Source: Octopus bimaculoides
Taxonomy: Eukaryota
Length of the DNA: 64,000 nt
Reading direction: 5' to 3'
Assembly: GCF_001194135.2 (NCBI RefSeq)
Contig: NC_068994.1
Location: 35,999,859 to 36,063,858, forward strand
Shown: positions 53,765-64,000 of the stretch, piece by piece
Position numbering within the stretch: the first letter of the stretch is position 1
How the letters are laid out: the number at the start of each line of letters is the position of its first letter
The notes under the pieces: generated by a model
Told to the model about the DNA's origin: nothing
The model's input: the letters and a program-made list of their open reading frames with translations, nothing else
Database searches by the model: none
Position numbers and translations under genes: made by a program

Positions 53765-53885
53765 TAGAAACTCTGCCAGATCAGATTGGAGCCTGGTGCA
53801 GCCTTCTGGCTTGCCAGTCCTCAGTCAAATCGTCCAACCCATGCTAGCATGGAAAGCGGACATTAAACGATGATAATGATGATGG
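53765..53885 (+). mobile_element. Retroposon 3' tail ending in (GAT)n
   Basis: TCCAACCCATGCTAGCATGGAAAGCGGACATTAAACGATGATAATGATGATG. Reverse-complement relatives are at ~19055-19240 and ~29985-30110. Confidence 0.65.
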
Positions 53886-55749
53886 CTCTCTACAATTTAA
53901 TGTGAAAAATATTTTAAGCTCTATAAATAAATGTCAGACAACAGAATAATGTTACTCATATGACTGATATATTTTGCTACCCTTCTTCTGGAGCTATGTA
54001 TCATCGAGCATATAATAAAATTCACTTTAGTATGGAGACAAAATTTGAATGGATCAGCAAATATATCTTCATCATAAGCCAATCCATTTATTAGTCATAC
54101 CTTCTGCGGTCAGATTTTAAATTCACTTTGTCAATCATATTCTTATCATTCATCTCATAAATCAGATGTTATATTTTTGTTCTTTTCATTTTTATAGAAG
54201 TTTTCCCTATCTACAGTAATTTACTATTAAACATACTTGACAATATTGAAATGAAAAACAACATCTTAATACTAAAAGTGTTCTCCCTGATCAGCTGAAA
54301 TCATGTCCCCTTGTCTTATTGACAGACCAATGCTATTTATAATCCCAGCACCACTATCATCACTATCAATCATCACCATCATCATGTTCTAAAGTGAGCA
54401 ACCTACCAATTAACAATGTATGACATACATGTATTGAAGCCATCATTGTGTTTATATCTTCAGATATCAAACATGTTCCAATGCACATATGTATAACAGT
54501 AATGTTATCTGGAAAATTTCAATATATATTGAGCTAATAAAGAGAAGATGAAGAATTACAATACTATTTTTGTTTTATACTATATCATATATTTTTTCTA
54601 CAGGGGTTTGTAGCCAATGGTTGTATATATTTGAACTACTATTAAGTAATTAAGAGGAAAAGAGAGAATATAAGCAGATGGCAGCAAACAATAATGCAGG
54701 GAAAAAGCCTGTCAGAAATTTCAGAATGTTTTGCTTCAGTGTAGCTTGCTATATAGTTGTATGTCAGCTGAAGTGATCAGATCTATGCTTCAATGTAATA
54801 TGTAACACAAGCGAAGTACAGGCTCTGTGAAAGACAGATGATTGTAGAACATAAGCAAAAAGTACTTTTGAAGATCGGCAATACTTTAGCAGTAATGCTG
54901 TTTAGAGAAGCACAGAGGTGAAGACATTTAAGTGAAAGGATTAGGTCTTGTATCAAATTTGATTTATAAGTTGCCAACATTTGTCCTATATCTAATAGCG
55001 GTTTGAAGAGATGTATGCTATATATTAATAGTGAAATAGCATCTTAAATTTGATAGAAAACTATAAACCCATACTAATGAGTAATTTTTAACATACTTCA
55101 TCAAAATATGATTTTATGGCATTTTGTTTGTGTAGTTTATTTTCAGTCACAGTATCAAATGAAAATCTTAAAAGTCGTAGACTGATATTAATATTGATGA
55201 AAACAAATATGTTCACACTGAAGAAGAAAGGTGTGGAATGGGAGATCAGAAGCACAGATAATGTACTGATCAAATAAATACAATATGCTAGAGTTACTTT
55301 TACATTTTAGATAGGTTTTGCTGTAAATGCTGGAAATAAATAAGAGTAGTATGATAGACTCTCATTTCAATGAAGAATTAGAATGTGAGAAAATGGTTAA
55401 ATATGAAGTGAAATGTATGCTTTCTAGTTATGAAAAGGAACCTATACACAAAAGTGGCAAATATACTTTCAGTTTTCCAACCATTAATGAATATTCATTG
55501 GTCAATGATATCATGTGACCCTGCTGCCACATGTTTATAAAGTAAAGCCAATATACCTCCATTCTCCAATCTCCTTTGCCCTTACACATCTGAATAAACA
55601 GCTGAATTCCTAACAACACTTTCAATGTACTTTCATCTGCAGCTATTCAAACCATCATAATGCTTCCTAACTTTCCAATTCACTGATCTTTAAACCCTGA
55701 ACAAAACAGCTGCCAAAGAATGACTTAGAATTTTCAAAACATTTTTATC

Positions 55750-55767
55750 TGTATGTATGTATGTATG

Positions 55768-55799
<32 letters not shown>

Positions 55800-55898
55800 C
55801 ATCCATACATACATATGCATGTGTGCATCCATACATACATATGCATGTGTGCATCCATACATACATACATGTATGTATGTATGTATGTATGTATGTAT

Positions 55899-55929
<31 letters not shown>

Positions 55930-56024
55930 CATACACACATACATACATACATACATGTATGTATGTATGGATGCACACATGCATATATGTATGCTTATAT
56001 ATATATAGAAATGCATAGTTATAT

Positions 56025-56070
<46 letters not shown>
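55750..56070. repeat. Compound microsatellite with a 26-bp higher-order unit and an internal palindrome
   Basis: GCATCCATACATACATATGCATGTGT is repeated, and its reverse complement GTATGGATGCACACATGC lies at ~55965-55982. Confidence 0.85.
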
Positions 56071-56072
<2 letters not shown>

Positions 56073-56163
56073 GTGCATGCATTAATGCATATAGTTGCCT
56101 GTGTATATATATAAATCTTTAAACTGTTACAGCTTCGAATCTGTGGTCATGCTGGGCCACCAC

Positions 56164-56229
<66 letters not shown>

Positions 56230-57689
56230 ATAATATCCACATGCACACACACATACATACATATGAGTGGATGGGCAAGTGAAAGAAAGAAGCACTCAAC
56301 ACATTTATTAAGAGTTGCATATATTATTATTTAAAACAGTATAAGCTCATTATAGGAATCTAGCTCACTGGGCTCAGGTACCTGAACCAAATAAGCTAGA
56401 TTTTGTAATGAGCCTACAAGACCCTTTAAGTTGCTAGGGCCAAATCAACTGTTTCAAATAAATAATATATATATATATATATATATTAGAAATAATTGGT
56501 TATGGATTATATACATTTATTTATGTATTTATTATAGGCTTATATTTGTTTCAGTAAACCCTTTGGGTGAATTCATGGTTTAATCTTATCAATCAATTAA
56601 TTGATCAACTGAAAATATAGGGAACCACTTGCCCAAAGTTATCTTCTTCAGAGCCAAAACAAATCTACTGCCAAAGCAAGAAAAGAAAAATAAAAGAAGG
56701 CATTTGGTCAATGAAGCAATTTTTATACAGAATTAGGTCATTTTTCATTATAAGCCTTAAGCCATTGTTGGCACTTACCCTGTTAGTAATTCTGATTAGA
56801 AATTTCATTTGTTGATGATCTATTTAGTCAATATGTCACAGTTCACTTGTTTATTTGGTAAGCCTGATGAGTTGAGAGTTGTGTAACAATTACAGAGTCT
56901 TATGAATGCTGTACTATGTTTATGTCACAATAAAATCATTTAATGAAACAATTGTAACAATAGTAGATAGCCCATATTTGTCTGTTTATATATGTGTGGG
57001 AGTGTGTGTGTACATGCACACACACATGTGCACACACACACACACACTCTTTTTCTCTCTCTCTCTCTCCCCTCACATCTACATGATACTCTCACACATG
57101 CATACAAACACATACAATCATACAGACAAAGTTCACAACATACAATAGCATTCTTTGAAAGAAAAGCATACACTCACATACATAATCTCAGAGTATGCCA
57201 TATATAAATAACAAATGAACATGAACACACACATACAAACACACATGCAAACACAAATACATGCACACATACAAAAACACACATACATGCACACACACAG
57301 TTCACAGTTCACAGTTGCCTACTTGGTTTTGTTGTTGTTTAATACCTCTTAGCTTCATCCTCACTTCTGCTCATCTCTTAACTTCCAGTCAGTTCTAGCA
57401 TGGCTTGATACAAACTAAAGTGTTTTTCTCAATTGTTCCTTTTATCTTCTGACTTTTCCCTTAGTCTAACTTTCTAAAGTAGAGTAGAAGTTCAAAACAT
57501 CAAAGACATTTCTACTTCCTTCCCTTTCTATAAACCTAAACCTAGTAATCATTCTTTGTCATTACTTTGTCTTCTGAGCTGCAATTTTTTGTCATTAAAT
57601 GTATACGCACATACACACACGCATACAAACAAACATTCGAGCACACAGATGTATAATTTATTTAAAGTTCATTCTGTATGAGTCATTAT

Positions 57690-57900
57690 ATGAGCTGAAG
57701 AATTTCATTTCACAACCTATGATTTCAAGTTCAGTTCCCTCTCCATGGCACTTTAGGCAAGTATCTTTTACAATAACCCTGAGCTACTCAAAGCCCTATG
57801 AGTAGAATTGGTATACAAAAGCTGTAAGAAACCCCACATGTATCTTTGTGTGTATGTGAGTGTGAGTAAATGTGTGATCGTGTGTGTGTGTGTGTGTGTG
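57690..57900 (+). mobile_element. SINE family B, 5' half
   Basis: CAAGTTCAGTTCCCTCTCCATGGCACTTTAGGCAAGTATCTTTTACAATAACCCTGAGCTACTCAAAGCCCTATGAGT, followed by (TG)n. Confidence 0.65.
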
Positions 57901-58144
57901 TGTTTATATTTATACCTTTCTGAAAATCACTGAGCTGCAAATAAAGACTTAATCATTTCCCCTCTTGACAAATCCTCGCCAGGCTTTGTAAACCCCCAAA
58001 ATGTGTGGAATAAGGGAGTCCTTTCTTGAAAAAATATAAGGATTAGCAGTTGTAAAGGTATCTGGCTGCAAAACAATGACTCAATATATTCACTGAACAC
58101 ATGTGTATATGGAAAAAACTGATTAGAAACAAAAGAATATATAC

Positions 58145-58210
<66 letters not shown>

Positions 58211-58217
<7 letters not shown>

Positions 58218-58630
58218 TCGAGGTCTGGTATATCTCTCAATTCCAAAGTTTGGTGCCAGCCCCTCCAGTATCTTCCACACATATATCACTGCATACCTCT
58301 CCCATAGTCACTCAATGGAGGAGAGTCACAACTCTTTTCAGTCTTTCCTAGTAGCTCAGCTGTTTCATTGATGCAATCTTCCTTGTATAATATCACTGAA
58401 CCACCTCAAGTTCTGCTATTAATCTGACACTGCAGAGTGATCACAGTTAAGACCAGTAGTCCAGATGGGTGAGGACAAATGTCCTCCATAGGACCAGCAT
58501 ACTTTCCTAGCTCCTTGTTCTGAAGGCTCTCAGAATCCACATGGCCATTCACCTGTGCACTGCCACCATCTTGGTGATATGCATGTGAAGCGGGGCATAG
58601 TTGTTCATATCAGTCCCAAGATTACACACT
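58211..58630 (-). mobile_element. CR1-like LINE ORF2 C-terminal remnant
   Basis: The minus strand reads NLGTDM..WILRAFRTRS*ESMLVLWRTFVLTHLDYWS*L*S..LIAELEVVQ*YYTRKIASMKQLSY*ERLK..ERYAVIYVWKILEGLAPNFGI. This matches the CR1/L2-group pattern LYKSLVRPHLEYC..VWSP..LE.VQR..TK.I..LSYEERL..YKIL.G. Confidence 0.8.
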
Positions 58631-59146
58631 GTTTGTGATATGTATAAACGACATATAACAATATAGCAGCCGACACTCAGTGTCTTTAGTGAGACACAAC
58701 TTTATCTGTTGATGTACCAAATGAAACCCAAACTGCAAAATAGATCCAGCACATCATGTTGAACCGAACACTGTATAGAATAAAGTTTAATACCAAATCC
58801 ATCTTCTCATTACTTAATTATTATAATACCCTCACTGACACTGTGGAGTTTCTGAAATAGATCCAACAGAAATATAGCATGACTGTGGATGACAATAGGT
58901 GCCAATGCTCTACTCAACACTTGAACACACTAATCGACTTATACTTATCAGTCCAAAATATTAATTACATACATATATATCAAATATATATATATATATA
59001 TATATANNNNNNNNNNNNNNNNNNNNNNNNNNNNNNNNNNNNNNNNNNNNNNNNNNNNNNNNNNNNNNNNNNNNNNNNNNNNNNNNNNNNNNNNNNNNNN
59101 NNNNNNNNNNNNNNNNNNNNNNNNNNNNNNNNNNNNNNAAATATAT

Positions 59147-59190
<44 letters not shown>

Positions 59191-59544
59191 CTGGGTCAAC
59201 TAAATGCATACATGCTACATCAAAGTACATTAGGACACTTATCCAGGAGAAACACATGTCAGATTGAAATTTAATGTGAATTTAATAAGAATAATACCAT
59301 AATAAAAAAATTTTGAAGATGTATAATTTTCCATTCTACTTTATGTTGTCTTGACAATCTTTAAGGTGTATGAAATCCAATGAAGTGAACTCAGGATTTA
59401 CCTGTCGAGTGTAGTACCATGTAATTGTTTATCTTAAAGGAAAGAATTTGGTATGTTCCCTGTCATTCGATGTGGTTAGCCAGATCTCGATTATATCAGA
59501 GTGCTAATAAGGTACCTGCTTGGATTCTAAATCTCTATTTCTTT

Positions 59545-59614
59545 ATGTATATATATATATGTGTGTGTGTGTACATACATACATACATGTATGTATCTGT
59601 ATGTATGTTATACA

Positions 59615-59654
<40 letters not shown>

Positions 59655-60155
59655 ATATATATAGACAAATGTACATGATATACATGTATGCATGTGTGTT
59701 GTGTGTGTATAAACATATACCTACTTACACTTAGGTAGATACATATAAAATATATGCATATACATACATTATATATATATATATGCACACATTCATGTGT
59801 GTATATGTATTTAACTAAGTGTAATAAGTATGTATATATGTTTATATATTATATATGTAAATACGTATCTAAAAATATGTACGCTTCTATAAATATGTGT
59901 ATATTTATAAATGCACATACATATACACATGCACAAACATATGCTCACAGACTCTAATATGTATGCATGTATATATACATCTGTGTATGTATACAAATAC
60001 ATATGTGAACACATACAAACTTTCTTACACACAAAAATACATGCACATGCATGCATGAAAGTGTATACTTTCTCACACACAGAAACATACACACACATGT
60101 ACGTGCATCCTTTCATCCCCTCACACAGAGACATATATATATATATATATATATT
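59545..60155. repeat. Long degenerate (TA/TG/CA) microsatellite field
   Basis: Direct inspection. Confidence 0.9.
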
Positions 60156-61284
60156 GCTCTAGTTTAATATCATTTTTTATTGCATTCAGTGAATTCAATT
60201 GGGTCCTATTAAAACCAATAATAAATTTAACCTTGTATGCTTCCATTGCAAAAATTCTAAAGCAAAAATCTGAAAAAGTAAGAAAAAATGGTAAATAAAA
60301 TCTGACACCCTGATGAAGTTACAGTATTGTGTAAAAATAAGTAAGCATTAAAATAACACAACACACACAAATAAAAAAAAAAAAACCTAGCTATTTCTAC
60401 TATGTATCAGATACCTTTCATCTTTAATGCACATTGGTATTTTTGCATCATTGAATTCTATCTAACTAGAGAATTTGTCCATCAGGTTATTTACCTACCA
60501 ATGTACAATATCTCATTGCTTTCAAAAAAAAAAAAAAAAAAAATCACTGAATAATTGAGTCACATGCTCTGTTTAAATTAAATTTATTTGTGCATTATCA
60601 CCTCAAGCACTTTAACACTACATTATTTTCCATTCTCTTCAGTAGTGTAAGGCAATTTTACGAGCTACCCAATTATTGAATATTTGCGTTGCTCTCAACT
60701 ATGTATTTTTTTTTGTTACTGTGTGGATACTGTAAATGGCTATCCATGACAAAACTTTAAATCTTGTTTTCACTTCTCAATATCTATCACATCAATATGA
60801 ATCATGAAAAGCCATGTTCACTAATGATCAACTTCAACTTTGACAGAAGCACGCTCTAAGTATCCAACAATCTATATACTACATTTCAAACATTCTTCCA
60901 TTTCCTTTTTTCTTGTCCTTTTTCTCTACATTATATACATCTCTGCAAATCCAACCATGTTCTTCTACTTCTAAATATAAACTACATCATGTCTGAAATA
61001 GTATTAGCTCTTGATTAGCTTATATATTCTCTATTAATAAGGACATTCAATGCATTGTTCATCTGAATATACAGAGACAGTACTAAAATCATAGACTCTA
61101 CTTGTCTTGCTTTTGAAATCACAGTTCATGACATGACCAACCTTGCCAAGGGAGACCACATAGATATGTAGACAGTCTAAAAATTTCACCTTCAACCATA
61201 GCTGTTGCTATTTACTAACTTCTTTTACCTTAACCTTTGTGGTAAGATTATAAGACAATATACTTTTTATTTTAATTACACTAA

Positions 61285-61504
61285 CTCTTTAGCATTCAGA
61301 TTATTCTTTGAAATGTAATGCTTATTTATTCACATTGTTTTGAATTAATCATACATTATCTCATAGCTTTGAGATTTTGATGATGTGATTGTTTATTTTT
61401 AGAATGACATTGTAGCATAGGTGTGAGAAGCTGGCTCTAACCAGTTTGAACATAAAACAGATAGAATATTTAGGCCAGATATGGCCAGTTTAAATGCTGA
61501 AAGG
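61285..61504. mobile_element. piggyBac-type MITE (~220 bp), second family
   Basis: CTAA|CTCTTTAGCATT ... AATGCTGAAAGG|TTAA. Confidence 0.65.
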
Positions 61505-62480
61505 TTAAATATTCATTTACTGGTTTATAAAAACACTTTCTTTTTAATCATTGTTGAAATAAATCCTTACTGAGGAGCTTTTTTAGCACTCATGTTAATT
61601 TATATTAATTTCAATCATTGCCAAATAACAACTTATTCTCGTAACATTTCCTAACCAATTTTTGTCATCTCCACTCCACCTCTCACCACCAACTCCACCA
61701 CCACCTTCATCACTACCATCAACTTATTAGAGTGATTAACACCACCATTGCCACTACCACCACCCACCTCTGTCACCATATCACTTGCACCACTGTCACC
61801 GCCACTAACACCAGTACCAGCACACACACACCCTGCCATCACCACCAGTTACCAACTCTACTATCAAGTACTGTCATTGCTAACAAGACAACAAGATAAC
61901 ATACATGCTGTTGCTCAACCTGCAAGAAATAGTAGTCAAATCTCTCTAGAATCACACTCTACTATCTTGAAAATGAAAGGACCTTTTCCATAATGTGGGG
62001 AGCAATAATGAACAATTCTGCCAAAAGCAACCTAACTTTTTACGTTGATAATGTTGCACAATATAGCATTCTTGTTATTATGTATTCTACAATTTGATTC
62101 TATTCAAACAACTTCTATGAAGGCCTCAACAACTATTATGCTTCATTATCTTAGAGCAGAGTTAAAATTCAGGTGTTTGACAAAGATCTCAAGGATTTTG
62201 TTTACTTGTCTGCATCAAGAATACTTTAATATGTTCGCTTGTTTCTCTTTCTTTTTCTTTTCTCTCTCCCCTCTTTCTCCCTCTGTATCCCCAAGATTAA
62301 GCCACATCAACAAACTACATTTATCAAATATATGCATGTTATTTATTAGATAAATGTATATTTACATAAATAAAGACATACATACACATTCAAACATTCA
62401 TTTCTACGGATATGCACACACTAACATACATTATGTAGATGTCTGCATGTAATGAGCATATATATATATATATATATATA

Positions 62481-63268
62481 CAGGGGTTGGACAAAATGAT
62501 GGAAACACCTGGCATCATAGCATCATAATTTTGAAATATCTATAAAACCATCAAAAGCTTGTTTGTTTTTATGATTTTTGATTTATTTTTAGTGTTCCTT
62601 AACATGTTTTGCTATATTTGCTATTTTTTTTTCAGATATCATCAGAAAAAGGTAATTAAAGTTCATTAAAATGACAGATCTATTGGACTTTCAAAGAGGT
62701 CAAATTGTTGATGCTCGTATGGCAGGTGCTAGCGTAATGAAAACAGCCGAAATGTTTGGTGTATCAAGAAGTACTGTCTCAAAAGTAATGACAGCCTTTG
62801 AGAAAGAGGGAAAAACTTCCTCGACGAAAAAAAACTCCAGAAGAAAACCAAAACTTTCAGATAGAGACCCTCAGACTCTTATGCGAATTGTTAGAAAGGA
62901 TCACAAAAGTACAGCTCCCAAAATTACTGCAGCACTTAATGACCACCTTGAGAACCCGATTTCCACAAAAACTGTTCGCTGGGAGCTGCACAAAGCTGGA
63001 TTTCATGGTAGGGCTGCAATCAGAAAACCACTACTTTCAAAAACAAACGTTGCAAATCAGATGGAGTAAAAACCGATATAATTGGCCCTGGGAGCAGTGG
63101 AAGAATGCTATTTTCTTGGACAAGTCATCCTTTACCTTATTTCTGGCCGAGTATACATGTGGAGACAGCCAAAAGAAGCATTTGACCCAGCCTGCCTTCT
63201 TCCAACTGTTAAGCATGAAGGAGTTTCTGTGATGATCTTGGAAATCCACTGGCCCAATGGTTTCCCTA
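62481..63268 (+). mobile_element. Tc1/mariner transposon, 5' TIR plus N-terminal transposase, 3'-truncated
   Basis: TA|CAGGGGTTGGACAAAATGATGGAAACACC TIR at 62481. ORF 62671-63069 has paired HTH domains, an SRRKPKLS (GRPR-like) linker and GFHGRAAIRKPLLSK. Shifted frames continue WEQWKNAIFLDKSSF (first catalytic D), RVYMWRQPKEAFDPACLLPTVKHEGVSVMI and SWKSTGPMVSL. The second D, the E and the right TIR are absent. Confidence 0.92.
62671..63268 (+). pseudogene. Tc1-family transposase pseudogene (frameshifted, truncated)
   Basis: A 132-aa open frame followed by at least two frame changes. Similarity ends at ~63268. Confidence 0.85.
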
Positions 63269-63639
63269 TAGTTGCATATTTTACAAGAGTTACAAGAAAA
63301 GTAATAACAGATGTGTTTCCAAATATGCAATGTTGTTCTCCTAGTAAGTAGCAATAGGGTTTTCCTCACGTAAAATAAACAGGGGAAGTTGAGGAAATAG
63401 CCCTTAAAGATAATCATCCATTGGAGAATGTTTTGAAGGCACATGTGTGGCATAAATGCTGGGGTTCACACACACATCTGTGCTTGTTGAATGTCAATCA
63501 CCAACTGACCTGTTTTGCATGCAGCCAAAGCTAACGGCTGAAAAGACACCACCTATAGGGACAGCCTATAAACACTTAGCTGCCAAGGGAGGTTACCCAA
63601 CCACATTGTTTACAAATTGACGCGAGCAAAACCATCTGT

Positions 63640-63649
63640 GTTATATATA

Positions 63650-63729
<80 letters not shown>

Positions 63730-63856
63730 CATATATACATATATATATGCATATATATATATACATATATATGCATACATTACATATATATATATATACG
63801 TGTATATATATATGTATATATATATATATGTATACATATATATACACACACATATG

Positions 63857-63887
<31 letters not shown>

Positions 63888-64000
63888 GTATACATATATA
63901 TATATATACATACATATATATGTATATATACATACATATATATATATATACATACATATATATATATATATATACATAAATATATATATATACATACATA
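63640..64000. repeat. Compound (TA)n/(TATG)n/(CATA)n microsatellite
   Basis: Direct inspection; it runs to the window end. Confidence 0.95.

Noticed and set aside
55327-55518. 63-aa ORF MLEINKSS...
   Set aside because: Short, with no recognisable motif or paired splice sites; within chance expectation.

Overview
AT-rich eukaryotic DNA, dense in microsatellites, with seven assembly gaps. The SINE families and the (TA)n/(CA)n/(TATG)n content resemble an octopus (coleoid cephalopod) genome; this is pattern recognition, not a database result. No intact host protein-coding gene can be supported, and almost all listed ORFs are microsatellite or AT-rich artefacts. The recognisable coding remnants all come from transposons: an internally deleted hAT (hATm-like) transposase (~3.7-4.9 kb, minus), two RTE-clade LINE remnants (~10.6-11.2 and ~14.1-15.5 kb), a Penelope-like GIY-YIG endonuclease with a tandemly duplicated downstream region (~31.8-33.2 kb), a CR1-like LINE 3' fragment (~58.2-58.6 kb, minus) and a 3'-truncated Tc1 transposon (62.5-63.3 kb). 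There are also many tRNA-headed SINEs and several MITEs. The most unusual structure is a 257-bp palindrome (25721-25977) whose arms each carry a minimal hammerhead-ribozyme core, with a core-less relative near 21.0 kb. Also notable are a YY1+E-box module and a splice-flanked 14-nt segment downstream of the Penelope endonuclease, two pre-miRNA-sized hairpins (29.4 and 56.4 kb), and two near-identical RFX X-boxes, one beside a splice donor. Repeat boundaries are approximate unless exact motifs are quoted.
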